From: Isurus oxyrinchus | Taxonomy: Eukaryota | Direction: 5' to 3' | Length of the DNA stretch: 64,000 nucleotides | NCBI GenBank assembly: GCA_026770705.1 | Contig: JANJGN010000042.1 | Coordinates: 6,076,001 to 6,140,000 of the forward strand | Shown: piece after piece, positions 12,421-26,539 of the stretch | How the letters are laid out: the number at the start of each line of letters is the position of its first letter | How positions within the stretch are numbered: the first letter of the stretch is position 1 | The notes under the pieces: generated by a model | Databases searched by the model: none | What the model saw: the letters and a program-made list of their open reading frames with translations, nothing else | What the model was told of the DNA's origin: nothing | Position numbers and translations under genes: made by a program

Positions 12421-14294
12421 ATGATATTGTACCCACAATATCTGATATCAGAAACTATCCCAACCAATGAACAGCTCATGTTCTCACACTGAACACGCTG
12501 CACCAAACAAATATATCATTAACTTCCCAGTGCCTAGGTCTGATTACAGTTGTCGACTGAATCCATGGCATCTCACAGGGAATTCACAAAATTCCCCTTC
12601 GGTGGTGTGCCTCAGAATTTGACGATTGTGACAGTTACTAAGAAGGGAATATTTTAAACTGCTTCTTTTACCCAGAACCTGCGAAGAATCAAATCAAATG
12701 TTTAACACCTTGGCAGGAGAGGACATTTATTAGGCTGGGGGGGGGCGGGGGGGGGGGGGGGGTTAAAGTTGTACGTACAGCTGAAAGACAAGGAGAGGGA
12801 GACTGAAATAGCGGCTGCTGCTGTTCAAGTCCGAGGTCAAGTGTGTTATGGGTCAGCCATTATGCAGGATGCTGGTAGAGATTCATTCTGCTTTTCGAGG
12901 TGATGCCATTTGTGGAGATATAAGGAACAAATAGTTCCCGGTGTGGGTCTCACTGCTGGAATTCGATCCTGGGTAACTAAGAACACTGGGAACAAAGGCA
13001 TTGAAAGGACACCAGAAGACATCCCAGTGAAACGTGAGCCTGCTGAAAATATGGGGGCAGTTTGGAATTGAATATTCATGGCTATATACAGGTTGGGAGC
13101 ATGGTAATATTTATTTCGTTGTATTAATCAGTTAATGGCAAAGCAGCTTTGCATTTAGTTACTTGGATTAGTTGGCAATTAAGCAGTGCTTAGTAGATGC
13201 CTACATTAGCTTGCTTGTCACGGTAAGTGGTTTGAAATGTGAAACATTATCACTGGGAAATCCATCTCATCTTTAAAGATATTGGTCTCTATCGGGATCT
13301 TAACATGAATCAGGTGCTGAACACACTTGCTCACATCGCCTCCCACTTCCCCCCGCCCCCTACCCCCGCCCAGACATCACAGGCGACACACTCCTGGGTA
13401 ATTCTCTGCCTCTGACTAATTGTTACCAGAGCTCAACATGTTTTTTCACCTGCTGATGAAGGTCAGTGAACCTGATCCAGGCTAAATTCCCCATTAACAG
13501 CAACAGATTGAAAAGCCAGGCAGAGCAGAAGGGGTCTGCAAAAAACTGCAGGGAAACATTAACACAAAACACAACTCAGACCCACAGATTTGGGAGACTG
13601 GACATTGGGTCTTTCCATGTGTGAGACAACTATTCTCTCACCAAAAGCCCTCCACCCACCTCCCCACCCTCCCCCGCCACCCCCCACCCCCACCACCCAA
13701 GCGAAGTGCACTGTAATAGAACAGTGAACAGTGCACGTTTATTTTATTGAAGGAGCACCACTTTGCAGAAGTCTTCAAATCCACCTAACTGCCTTACCAG
13801 CGCCTTGAACTCTAGCTCTAGAGACCACCTTGAGGGGCTTCATGGACCACAATACGCAGGCTGCGAGTTGAGCAAGGCTGAAAGATTACAGATAGTTTGA
13901 TATATTTCCTTTATATGCTATCATACAAGATGCTTTCACTCGAGCTGCATAATGTTTTATTTACAAAACTGTATACTCCACAATAATTGCTGATGTATGT
14001 ACTGGTGCTGGCATGTAGCGAAACGGTTCCAGAGGTTGTAGTAAAAGGTGTTTGGTGACTTGCCTAAAATGTACTTTTGGTGCTATGCGGCATGTGAGGG
14101 TTTGGAAGAGATAGCGGCAGTGAAAAGGCAGAATCAATGCCCTGCAGGCCGCTTAGTGCTGGGCCAGCACGGCACTAATTTGTTATCAGTTTGTGGGAAA
14201 GAAACAATGGAGTATTTCTCTTATATATTATATACACATAAATATTCCACAATTCACAACCGTAGGGCGCCTAAAAATTGTTTGCACCAATAAC

Positions 14295-14662
14295 GCAGTT
14301 TGGAAATGTGATCACTGTTGAAATATACCAGGTTACTGGGGAATTCCACACTGTAAACTCTCACAAACAACATTGAGATCATGACCTGGTAATTTGATTT
14401 TGTGATGTTGATAGGGTGATAAGTTTTGGCAAGGTCACCAGAATAACTCTCTTGCCCTTCTTCAAAATGGCGTTAGGGCATCTCTTCCCTTCAGCGACCA
14501 TGGGCCATAATTATTGCTTAGGCATCTTATCAGAATGAACGTACCTCCGATAGCACAGTGCTTCCTTAGTTCTCCAGTGGAGTGACACACATGGCACTTG
14601 TGTTCGTACCCTAGAGTGTGTAGTTTGCCTCAAAGGTGAGAGTGCTGTCAGCTGAGTCACGG
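14295..14662 (-). mobile_element. tRNA-derived Deu-domain-type SINE
   Basis: The minus strand begins ccgtgactcagctgacagcactctcacctttgag (tRNA-like head). The body is similar to 24515-25300. Confidence 0.6.
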
Positions 14663-15504
14663 TAAATACTAACGGATTGGAACACAATGTTCCAAATGCA
14701 GCATTTGCTCAACATATTGGCGGGCGCAGAGGGTTGACAAGGTATGTCACTTTCCAACACAGCACTGATATCCCAAATTATATGTTTGTTTCAAATCAAC
14801 ATTACTGGCCTATTGCAAAATATAACGGACGTCTTACTTTACATGTATGTATCTATACAACTATTTATTTATTTTAGACCAGCTACCCAATCCTAGGTTA
14901 CCTCGGATCCAATGCTCGCTTTACTAGCTAACTCTGCACTGACTCCAGTGTAAGTAGTTCCTTCCTGAGATGCAGAGAATAAAACCAAACTCGGTATTCC
15001 AAGTGCAGACTCACAAACTCCTGTTTTCCATTCTTACAATCAAAGTCACATATCTGCGCATTTGCCAACTTGTACCCACTGACTCAACCTCTCCGGATCT
15101 CTTTGCAGCCTCTCCACATCCTCATCACAACCTGCATTTCCACCAAATATTCTATCTTCTGAAAAATTCATCACATTATTCCATGTCACTGTCTAAGCCA
15201 TGAAAATGAAGAGTCATAGTTGAGGCCACAGGACCTGTCCTTGCGGGTGCCAAAAAGTCACAAGTGGCCAACCTGGAAGTCTTCACTTAAAGCAGCACTT
15301 TTCTAGCTGTCTGTAACCGCTCCTCCATTCATGTTAAAATATTACTACTAAGCGAATGAACCCTATTACAGTCAGTTATTATTTTGCATGGAACCTTTAA
15401 AAAGCACATTTGGAAATCCAGATAAATTGCCTTAAATGTTTACACATTTAGTTACCTATTAGTTACATTGGTCTCCTTATGTCAGGAAAAATATAAATGC
15501 ACTT

Positions 15505-15995
15505 TTTCAGAGAATGTTTACTAGATGCTTAACAGGAAAGAGTGGGTTGCCTTCTGAGGCGAGGCTTCTGTCCACTGTAGTTTAAAAGGTTAAGTGGTGA
15601 CTTGACTGAAACATATAAAACTCTGAGGGGCCTTGGCAGGGAGGATGTGGAAAGGATGGTTAATTCTGTGGGGGAATCAAGATCTCAGATAACTGTTGCA
15701 AAATAAGGGGTCGCCTATTTAGGACAGAGATGAGGAAAAACTTGATTTTTCTCCCAGGCGGTTATCAGACTTTCGAATTCTTTTCCTCAAAAGGTGATTG
15801 AGGCAGCGTCCTGGGATACCTTTCAGGTAGAGGTAAATATTTTCTTGATACGCAACGGCGTGAAACATTACCAGGTGTAGCCTGGAATGTGAAGTTGAAG
15901 TTAAAACTAGATCAGCCACGAACTTATTGAATGGTGCAGCAGGGTCCAGGGCCGAATAGCTTACGGCTGCTCCTAATTCGCATGTTCGTATGCAT
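15505..15995 (+). mobile_element. CR1 LINE 3' end
   Basis: Decayed ORF2 C-terminus and the tail gatcagccacgaacttattgaatggtgcagcagg..ggccgaatagcttac. Confidence 0.75.
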
Positions 15996-16239
15996 GTACA
16001 CTTACTCAAACATTTCCAATAACATTATAGAACATGATTGCTCTTTTATAAATTCATGTTTTACCTGCGTGATCAGACAATGAGTTTACAAGTACAGTAT
16101 TTCAATTCCAGCATTGGGCCAACTGCTGATTCAGGCTAACTGGCAGTTTATCTCTGTTTTCTCTCTCTTTCCTTTCTGAAAAGCTGTGTTGCAATTGCAA
16201 ATGCTCATTCTGCCGAGCCCACTTCAGAAACTATGGGAT

Positions 16240-17630
16240 GATGGGGGAGACCAGCACATCATGGAAAAAGACACGGTTGAATTATTTGCAAGCATCTTCA
16301 TCCAGAGGTGCCAACCGGATGATTCATTTAGGCCTCCTCCTGAGGTCCCCATAATCACAGATGCCACTTTGATCCAATGTCAAGAAATGACTGAAGGCGC
16401 TGGATACGGAAAAGGCTTTGACGCCCTGAAAACATTCCGGCAAAAAAAAAAATGATGGATTGTAAAGGATAAATTGCAACCTGCTCAACTTGCTGCGCCC
16501 CAAGCCAAGATTTTCAGTTGCAGCTGCAACATAGGCTTCTACCGGCAATGTGGAAAAGCGCCCAGGTATGCCTTGTCCACAAAAAGAAACAGGGTGAACC
16601 CAATCCGGTCAATAATGACCCAAATATTCTGCGCTCGATCATCAGCCGCCTAAAGGCAGGTATCATTGACACTGATATTAAGCAGCTCATACACTGCAAT
16701 AACCTGCCAAATGAAGTTCTGCCTGGATTCCACTCTACTCCTGACCTTCCCTCAATCTGGTTTTCAACATGTACAAAAGTTGAACTCACGGGAGAAGGTT
16801 CCTGTCACTGCCCTGCACATCAAGGCAATAGTTTACACATGAGTGACATCACGGAGCAGCTGAACAAAGTGTGGAATTAAGGAGCAGTTGCAAAACAATA
16901 ATTCAATCGGAATCAAGCACTCTGCTTGGAGCAATTGCTAGAAATAGCTAGCAGAACGGCTGCTGGAAACCAATCAATGAAGATCTCGAAAAAGGGACAA
17001 TCTTACCATATAGCCTTGCCAATTAATGTCATTCCCATAGCTGAATTACATCAGGTTTAATATCCCTGGGTTTACCATTGATCTGAAACTCAACTGCACC
17101 AGCTTTATAAATACTTTGGCTACAAGAGCAGGTCATGGACTGAGAACATTGTAGCGAATAATTCAGTTCCTTACTCTCCAAAGCCTGACAAGTTTCTACA
17201 AAGAGCAAATCAAGACTATGATGCATTGTTCTACATTTACCTGGATGATTGTGGCTGCAGCAACTTTCAAGAAGCTTGACATCATTCTGGGTAAAGAAAC
17301 TTTCTTGACTGGTGCTACATCCAGCAATTTAAGCATTCACTCCTCCCAGGGTCGACTCAGAAGTACAGCAGTGTGTATCATTTCCAAGATGTACTGCACC
17401 TCCTTCTACATGCTCCGTCGAAACCTTCCAACCCTATGATGACCCCGAATGAAAAGGGCAAGATAAGCAAACGCATGGGTATGGCATCACTTGCAAATTG
17501 CCCTCAAAGCCACACACCTTCCTGACTTTGACCAATATCACCGTCCAGTAGCTGCCACGTGATCAAAATCCGACAGCTCCCTCCCCAACAGCACCTTGGG
17601 TGTAGGTTCACCATATTGACTGCAGCGGGT
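16240..17630 (+). mobile_element. Decayed LINE (CR1/L2-clade) RT and 3' region
   Basis: PAMWKSAQVCLVHKKK..PNPVN and AATFKKLDII. Same family as 25480-26365. Confidence 0.7.
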
Positions 17631-17634
17631 CTTA

Positions 17635-18535
17635 TCATTGCCACAGAGGGAGTGCAACGAAGACTCATTCAACTACTTCACGGGATGGAGGGATTGTCCA
17701 GTGAGAAAAAATTAAATAGACAAGGCCGTTATTCTCTGGAGTTCAGAAGAATGACAGGTGATCACATGCAAAGGTGCAAAATTCTCACACGGCTTCACAG
17801 AGTAGATGCAGGCAGCATGTTTCGCTTGGCCAGTTTGTCGAGCACCAGGGAACACAGACTCTGAATGGACCGCCGGCCAATGAGGCATGAGATAAGGAGG
17901 GATTCCTTTAACCGGAGGGCTGTGACTCTTTGTAAGCCTTTGCCTGAGAGGTCTGTGGTGTGCAGTCACTGATTATGCGCAAGACTGAGGTCGATAGATT
18001 TCGACACATTAAAAAACATTAAGGACACAGGTATAATGCAGAAAAATCTTTTTTCAAGTAGAAGATCAGTACGAACAAATTGAACAGAGGAGCGGGGTCG
18101 GACTGCTGAACAGCCTAAGCCTACTCTAATTTCTTATGATCTTACGTTGAAGAAGGGCACTCAGCCTACGCTTTTTCAGTGAAAATTAGGCATGGGAAAA
18201 AAATCTGACATTTCCATCGATGCCACATCACATGAAAGGAGAAAATAATACTTAGAACTATGGGGCATAGTCTCAAAGAAACTGTTGATCCTGTTAGTCC
18301 TGAGAGGATGGGGTTTGACACTCTTTGGAATTCGCTGCCCCATAGAGATGTGAATTCTCAAATGTTGAATCTAATCAAGGCAGATGTCGATAGACATTTG
18401 GATGCTGCGGGGTTTACGGGACATGAGGTACTGAACGACGTTGGACCAGAGATGAAATATCAGCCAAGAGCTTTCGTAATGGCAGACCTGGCTCAAAAGG
18501 CCAAATAGCCTATTGCAGTTCATATTTCTAACTGT
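17635..18535 (+). mobile_element. Two tandem CR1 3'-end fragments
   Basis: EGVQRRLIQLLHGMEGLS..YSLEFRRMTGD and LWNSLP. Two CR1-type tails end near 18140 and 18530. Confidence 0.7.
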
Positions 18536-20390
18536 TTGAAGGTTCTTATGAGCGACCACAATGAGTGGACAGAATGGGAGACAAGCCTTTTCGGAGACGA
18601 GGGGGATAGGGTAAAAATGTAAATGTAAAATAAAACGCTGAGCCCAGCCAGAAATTGCAACTCTGGGAAAGGGACGCCGGCCAGTGAATGCAGAACTGTA
18701 TTCAGTGAGAGACAATAGTTTGATGGAGGAGAGGGAAAGGAGCCAGTGGCTGTAAGTAAAAAAAATTATAAATACTTCGCAAAATCGAAGATGAAGCAAA
18801 AGTCTGAGCATCCACAGACAAAAAAGAGGAAGCAAAACCAGCCCGTCCTCTCCCATTTCGATAATTCAAATGTTCACGAAATTAGCAGTTATAACGTTCT
18901 GTGAAGGCCACGTTACCCTCCACACTGAAGGCTTAACCAAATGCATGAAGCCAACAAGAATATGCAAATTCAGGGAGGGGACGGGAGGAAACGGATAGAG
19001 TGTAGATCTGAATTAAGACAAATTTTGAGTCTGAGGGCCAGGTGATCCCGTGAGGAAGGACATGAACCCAACCAGAATCAACACATTCGTGGAGGAGGGG
19101 CAACGGAACCAATGATTGTAGAAGTCAATGCAGTCAGATTGAGCAACTTCAGAGGAGCCATAGGTCCTCTCCAGACTGAAACGATCTAAAGTTGATTAGT
19201 TGCATTGTTTAAGAATGGCTGTGTTAGAATTGGGAGACAGAATATATGTCGTGCTACCTGGAGTGAAGAAATTAATGTTAAAGATAAAATATTGGTTTAT
19301 ATTTCGGAGCAATGTGATTCGAGACTCGATGGGACGGGTACTAAAAGCTACTGTGGGATAAGAAATGAAAGAATGATCAATATAAAGTAAAAATTCAAAT
19401 GTGGAAATCATACCCTTTAGTATCCATCATGTTATTTAATCCCTTTCTTTGATGTCTTAGGCAGTACCTCTGGATAGATGATAAATTCCTTCTATTGTGT
19501 ATTGACGGGTTCTAAGGTGGCCGGTAACCCCAAGGTGTCTTCACAAAACTGTTCCACATTATGTCCAAATGCAGCAAGACCTGGAAATATCCAGGCTTGG
19601 GCTGACAAGAGGCAAGTAACATTCGTGCCACACAAATGCCAGAAAATGACCATCTGCAACAAGCGAGAATCTAATCATCGCCTTTTGATGTTCAATGGCA
19701 TTACCATCACTGAAAACTCCACTATCAACAACTTGGGGGGCACTCAGGCATTCACCCGTCTTAAATACATTAGTGTTCACAAAGGGGCTGCAGGAGACAG
19801 ATTTGGCAGTTGTTGCTGCTTCTAATCACATCCAAGATTGAGCAGTGTCCATTCCAACGGTTGTGACATGCTTCTGTTGATGTTTAAAACACTGAATAGC
19901 CGGGTTTGATTTTAATAGTTCATACCCTGGAAATATATCAAATAAAGTAAGAGAGAAAGTGCAATTATTTAAGTAGCTCAATTATAACTCGAGTATCTCT
20001 GTAAATCCACTGGGAGTTAACTTTCATGTTTGTAACTGGACATGGTATTGGGGTTACTGTGGCTAATTACCGGCTGAAAAGATGTGCCATCCAGTACTGC
20101 CGGCATCCAGCAGATGGAGGTGTCTCGGCTTTAAATTCTAACATGCGTGTAAGTGCTTGCGAGATCAGGATGAGTCCGTGAAGCTCAGCATGAGAACAAA
20201 CTTGCCCATTTGTAAATCCGAAACTATCTACTCCCCTTGTGTCACTCAGCGTCAAACACTGGACAAACTGACCCCGCACTGACATCACAAACTGCCCCCA
20301 ACCTGGGGCAATGCAGGATCAGACAGTGAACGCTGAGGGCCACACCCTGTAATCATAAACTTCCCACTCCCTGAAGAAGCTCAGGGGAGG

Positions 20391-21546
20391 CACTGAACAC
20401 ACTGCACCTCACAAAGATCCCGCAAACTGCCTCCTCCCTGCGGCAGCACAGTGACCAACACTGAACACACTGCACCTCACAAAGATCCCGCAAACTGCCT
20501 CCTCCCTGTGGCAGCACAGTGACCAACACTGAACACACTGCACCTCACAAAGATCCCGCAAACTGCCTCCTCCCTGCGGCAGCACAGTGACCAACACTGA
20601 ACACACTGCACCTCACAAAGATCCCGCAAACTGCCTCCTCCCTGCGGCAGCACAGTGACCAACACTGAACACACTGCACCTCACAAGGATCCCGCAAACT
20701 GCCTCCCCCCTGTGGCAGCACAGTGACCAACACTGAACACACTGCACCTCACAAAGATCCCGCAAACTGCCTCCTCCCTGTGGCAGCACAGTGATCAACA
20801 CTGAACACACTGCACCTCACAAAGATTCCGCAAACTGCCTCCTCCCTGTGGCAGCACAGTGACCAACACTGAACACACTGCACCTCACAAAGATTCTGCA
20901 AACTGCCTCCTCCCTGCGGCAGCACAGTGACCAAAACTGAACACACTGCACCTCACAAAGATCCCGCAAACTGCCTCCTCCCTGCGGCAGCACAGTGACC
21001 AACACTGAACACACTGCACCTCACAAAAATCCCGCAAACTGCCTCCTCCCTGCGGCAGCACAGTGACCAACACTGAACGCAGTGCACCTCACAAAGTTCC
21101 CGCAAACTGCCTCCTCCCTGTGGCAGCACAGTGACCAACACTGAACACACTGCACCTCACAAAGATCCCGCAAACTGCCTCCTCCCTGCAGCAGCACAGT
21201 GACCAACACTGAACGCAGTGCACCTCACAAAGTTCCCGCAAACTGCCTCCTCCCTGCGGCAGCACAGTGACCAACACTGAACACACTGCACCTCACAAAG
21301 ATCCCGCAAACTGCCTCCTCCCTGCGGCAGCACAGTGATCAACACTGAACACACTGCACCTCACAAAGATCCCGCAAACTGCCTCCTCCCTGTGGCAGCA
21401 CAGTGACCAACACTGAATACACTGCACCTCACAAAGATCCCGCAAACTGCCTCCTCCCTGTGGCAGCACAGTGACCAACACTGAACACACTGCACCTCAC
21501 AAAGATTCTGCAAACTGCCTCCTCCCTGTGGCAGCTCAGGAACTGG
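20391..21546 (+). repeat. 68-bp minisatellite, 17 units plus degenerate flanks
   Basis: Unit cactgaacacactgcacctcacaaagatcccgcaaactgcctcctccctgcggcagcacagtgaccaa repeats with an exact 68-bp period, no indels and few substitutions. Confidence 0.98.
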
Positions 21547-21710
21547 CACTGAACATGTTGCACCTCACGGAGTCATCAGAAAATTACCACAGCCTACGGA
21601 ATGTCATGTTCACAGTGAACCTCACAGACAGATCAACAACTGCCTCACAGCCTGTCCTGTACAAGATGAAACCAAACTGCCCCACTTCGCTCGGCCCTTC
21701 CCCAGACAGT

Positions 21711-21980
21711 AGTGGCGTCGTGGTTTTCTCACTGGTCTAGTAAACCAGAGATCTAGGTTTCAAATCCCACCACAGCAGATAGTAAATTCAATAAAAACCT
21801 TGGAGCAGAAGTCGAAAGATGGCCATGAAATCAGTGGCATTGTCATGAACACCTATTCTATTCACTAATGCCCTTGAGGGAAGGAATTGAGCTGCCCTCA
21901 CTGAACAGAAAAGTAGTTGACTCTTAAAAATGCCCACTTAACATGGACAATTAGCAGCGCCCACATCCCATGAGCAAAAA
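21711..21980 (+). mobile_element. tRNA-derived SINE with LINE-like tail
   Basis: A-box-like tggcgtcgtgg, B-box-like gtttcaaatcc and tail cagcgcccacatcccatgagcaaaaaa. Confidence 0.7.
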
Positions 21981-24514
21981 ATTAATGCCCACCTCAAAGT
22001 GCCCCAAGCCTGTGTGATCCCCGCCTCACCGGTCCTATCTGCCATGTTAACCAAACGGTTTCAGCAGACTGTTCCCTTTCATAGGCTGAACCACACATCA
22101 ATGTTCCCTTCCCCAGATGTATATCGCCACTTCCACAGTCCAATCCACACTGCTGCACCGTCACCAATACTGTACCAAACTGATCCACTGCCCGACCTCA
22201 CAGGTCCCTCTCCCGACAGAGTAAGGCTGCCCCACCACACTAACCCGTGCTCCAGACCGCCCCAACTCACTAGTTCCCTGATTCAGGCAGTGCATACTAC
22301 CCCAACTTTCCCAGCCTCATAACACAAATGACACCGCCTTGGCTCACTAATGTCTCTCGCATACTGAAACACTCAGCCGCACATCAAATGTCCCTGCCCC
22401 GGCTTGAACCACCAGGAAGATCTCTGTCCCAGGCAGCAGCTAAGACTCTCTACCTCAGCAGCCCCTGCCCTTGACTGGAGCAGATTTTTTTCACATCACC
22501 AGCCCAGACTAGACCGCACTGTATCACCTCACCAGTCCCTGTCCCAGGATATCACAAACACTCCATCACATTGGTCACTCTGTTTGACTGAACTCGACTT
22601 CCTCAAATCACCAGTTGCTGTCCTAGTGTGAACAACATGGCCAAATCTCACGGGCACCTGCAGCAGATTTGAGCAACTTACCGGTCGATGGGCCAGGAAG
22701 TAACATCCACTGCCCAGCTGCCCAGAACGTAAAGGCAGTACTGATGTGCTGGAAAGACGACATTTAGCCTCCATCCCCGGTAACCCAGCAAAAAGCGGTG
22801 CCGAGGGAAGCGGGATACAATGCTGTGAACCCATTCAATAGGACCTAAATTCAGTTGGATACATTTTACTGGAGACCCATAGGGGAGAAACTGAGTAGGG
22901 AACATCCTTTCAGATCACTGCAGACAATTGACCAACTGACTGATACTAGTCACAGATGTTTTCCTTTTAAATATTTTACCAGTGCAGAACTACACTTTTC
23001 CAGAATAATTTACTTGACCTTTTCAAATGTGTGTCATATATTTTGTCTTAGCTGTATCCGAATTTTTCTTCCCCGATATTAATAAGATGTACAACACGGA
23101 TTCTGTTACAATTTAATAGCGTCCTCATTTTCAAGCGTTAACTGAGTTCACTGCTAGTTAGCTTCTGTAATGAGGTTGTTGCATTGCTGTGACAGTGCAT
23201 TGTGAAGGTGCAAATCCGTCACTTTTCAGTTATAATGTTTCTCCAAATACTATGATCCTTTGCCCAAACACTATTTTTCAGCCGGTTCTCTCTTTTTTTC
23301 AGAACGTTGGCTCCACCAAATTGTAAGCCCTGCATGGTTGCTACCGTGAAATGCATTCTTCTCTATTACAGTGTAACTGAGTGTTTAATTGAAGCTTGCC
23401 ATTCCCAATCCATCGGCACATGCCTCCCTCACCTGCCTGTAATATTGAGTAACCTTTGCATGCGTCATTCATGGCTCTAATTGTAATGTCAGTCAGATTC
23501 AGCAGCGGCTCCAACCCTCACCCCAGTATCGCAGTCCCGCTTACTTCCGTTCCTTATGCCTGTTATGGACAGAATGGAAATGTTGTCTTTCTTGGGAAGA
23601 TCTAATTATTTCCTGAAGATACCTTTCCCTTATAAGGGTTGTAACTTATAACTGGTAAAACTTCAGCGCCTGATTGAACACACACCCCTTTCTGACATTG
23701 GGCTTTTCATCGAAACAGTCACCTGGGAGCAGCACAAGCAGAGTGCTGTAGTGCCGCTTGTCTTTGTGATAATTTGTTAAACAGAGGACTAATGCAATGT
23801 GGATCTACAATTCTCCATGGTGGAAGGTTGGAGGTTAATCTTCCCCACCTAATAGAACAAAACAGATTATTCCATAGTAATTCTACACCATTGACTCAAG
23901 AGAGATAGTAAATACGCTTGAAGAGGTTCCTTGAAAACATGTGCATGTGGCAAATTCAGTGATACTGGCATCAGTTCGCCCTGAGAACAAAACACTTAGA
24001 ATATTATCGACAGTGTTTACATCATCTGCAATAACTTCATCCTGATCGTACATTTAATTCTTTCTTCCTGACAGCACCACCGACATTGCTGCCCAGAGTC
24101 TGAAGATCACAGAGAACTCTACACTTTTCTGGAATATACTGCCGTTCAGTATGATTTCATTCGAGGTGCACAATAGTTTACGGTGAAATGTGAACCTGAC
24201 GAATGCATAACACGGTTAATTAGAGGCAGTGGTGTTGCTGGAGAGTTATACGATTCCAATTGTTGGAGAGAAAGGCGTTCAGTGATGAGTCGAAAGCAGA
24301 TTCGCAATAATTGGTGGGAAGTGGGGTATGAGGGGTTGGAACAGAGTGCGGCAGTGATACCGCAAGATGTATGCCCCACGGGCCACATTGTCTTGGGCTG
24401 ATGGCATATTTATATGTTCCGGGGGGCTGGGAAACAAAAAGAAAACAGAAATATATGCTTGCATTGGCATATCGCTTTGCATGGCCACCGGACCCCTCAA
24501 AGCTCTCTGCAGGC

Positions 24515-25300
24515 AATGACGCACTTTTGTAGTGCTATGGATGTTGTAATGTTGGAAATGTGACAGCCAATTTGCACATTGCATATGCCAAAAAAAAACC
24601 CCAGCAGTTTAATAATGACTGTGTAACCTGACTTTGTCACGTTTATTGAGGGATAAAAGTGGGCCAGGACAGCGGGGATACCTTACCTCATCTTCTTTAA
24701 AATAGTGCCATGCGATCTTTTAACTTCTCCCGGGATGGCACACGAGGCGGTCTTCATTTAATATTTCATCCTAAATATGGCACCTCGGACAGTACATCCT
24801 TTGCTCAGCACTCCAATGGAGTGCCAAGCGTTATGTTTGGTTTTGTTATTATTTCACGGGATATGGGTGCTGCCGGAAAGGCAATCAATTGCTACCCGCC
24901 CCTCACTTCCCTTGAACTGCGTGCTTGCTAAGCCATTGCTGTAGCTCTTGAGTCACATGTAGATCAGGCGGGGAAAAATGCCGGGTTTTCTTTCCTGATG
25001 GACCTTCATGAACCAAATGTGTCTTCATGACAATCGATGATAGTTGTCATGGTCACCATTCCTGAGTCTAGCTTTCAATTCCTGGTTGTATTAATCGAAT
25101 TTAAATTCCACTAGTTCCAGGGTGAGATTTCAACCCATATATCAAGAACATTGGCTTGGGCGTCTGAGTTACTGGTCCAGTGAAATAAACAATATGTCAC
25201 CATCTCACCATCAAGACCTGTGCTCAAGACGTGGATTAGGATATGAAAGGGACACCTTGTGATCGAGAGGAGAGAGCGCTCCAAACTGAATCATTGCCTG
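24515..25300 (-). mobile_element. Deu-type SINE interrupted by a second SINE (about 24845-25210)
   Basis: The Deu-like body (aatagtgccatgcgatcttttaac, catcctaaatatggcacctcggacagt) stops near 24840 and resumes at 25219 (tgtgctcaag). The insert is the reverse complement of the 21711 family. Confidence 0.65.
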
Positions 25301-25479
25301 TGAAGCTATGGAAAAGAGTGTGGCAGCTCCTGGCCCTGCTCAGCATCTTGCAAGGCACTGAGGATTGGGCATGTATGTCTCTGCCAAAACAGCACTAACA
25401 GCCCGAATACTACTTACCTCGAACTCACAACTATTGAAACACATGAAATATAAACGGGCGATTTAGCATCCGTGTCGAA

Positions 25480-26367
25480 ATGCTGCAAGCCCTGGAAAAT
25501 ATCCGGGCTTGGGCTGATAAATGGCCCATTGTAATTGTGCCACACAAGTGTCTGATAATGTTCATCTACAACAAGAGAGAACCTAACCATCGTTATGTGG
25601 CATTTATTGGCATTGCCATCGCTGAATTCCCCACTATCAACATTCTGGGGGTTACCATTGACCAGCAACTGAACTGGAGCAGCCATATTAATACACGGGT
25701 GGAACGGAGGCTAGGAACCCTGCGTGAATAACTCGCCTTCCTGACTCCGAAAGCCCTTACACCACCTACAAGACACAGGCCAGGAGAGTAATGGAATGTT
25801 CCCCCCTTGCCTGGAAGAGTTCAGCTTCGACAAAAGAGGCTTGACTCCATGCAGAACGAAGCAGCCCACTTCATTGGCGAACGATCCAAAAACATCCACT
25901 CCCTCCAGCAACGACGCACAATAGAGGCAGGGTGTGCTACCCAGAAGATGCACTGCAGGAACTCACCAAAGCTTCTTCAACAGTACATTCCAAAGCCATT
26001 ACCATTACCATCATGAAGGGCAAGGGCAGCAGACACATGGGAACACAATCACCTGGGACTTCCCCGCCAAGTCACTCATCATTCTGACTTGGAAATATAT
26101 CGCCGTTCCTTCACAGTCAATGGGTTAAAATATTGGAACTGCACCCCACACCACCCCCCAACACCCCACCGCCTCTAACACCCCCCACACCCCCACCCCC
26201 TCCCCGCCGGACCACTTCATCCCTAACAGCACGGTGGTGTTACATGCACCATATGGACTGCACCGGTTCAAGAAAACAGCTCACCAAAACCTTCTCAACG
26301 GCAATTGCTGATGGGCCATAAATGCTGCCCTACAGAGCGATACCCACATCTTATGAATGAAAAAAAT
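25480..26367 (+). mobile_element. LINE (CR1/L2-clade) RT C-terminus and 3' tail
   Basis: LENIRAWADKW...INILGVTIDQQLNWSSHIN, and tail cccacatcttatgaatgaaaaaaa. Confidence 0.85.
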
Positions 26368-26539
26368 GCATGTTGCCAGGTAATGTTATAAACAGTACAC
26401 AGTCAGTCCTGCCGCAGTTGCTGTAATACCATTTCACAATGACGAAAACAGGGGTTAAAATCCAACTCCAGAAGCTTCAGCACCTTTTCTAGTCTGACGA
26501 TCCAGTGCAGTACTGAAGGTTTGCAAACTTCCCGATCAG

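Noticed and set aside
18962-18969. Isolated octamers at 18962, 43726 and within CR1 copies as extra V promoters
   Set aside because: No leader or V exon follows, and a few 8-mers are expected by chance in 64 kb.
20353-21549. CRISPR array, or the series of Cys-rich minus-strand ORFs
   Set aside because: The units are contiguous with no unique spacers, there are no cas genes, and the DNA is vertebrate. The ORFs are artefacts of the 68-bp period.
21711-21790. tRNA gene
   Set aside because: The A/B-box-like motifs belong to a SINE head, and no cloverleaf forms.
24074-24165. Possible internal exon (cag...gag|gt)
   Set aside because: The donor is weak, no frame gives a recognisable peptide, and there are no partner exons.
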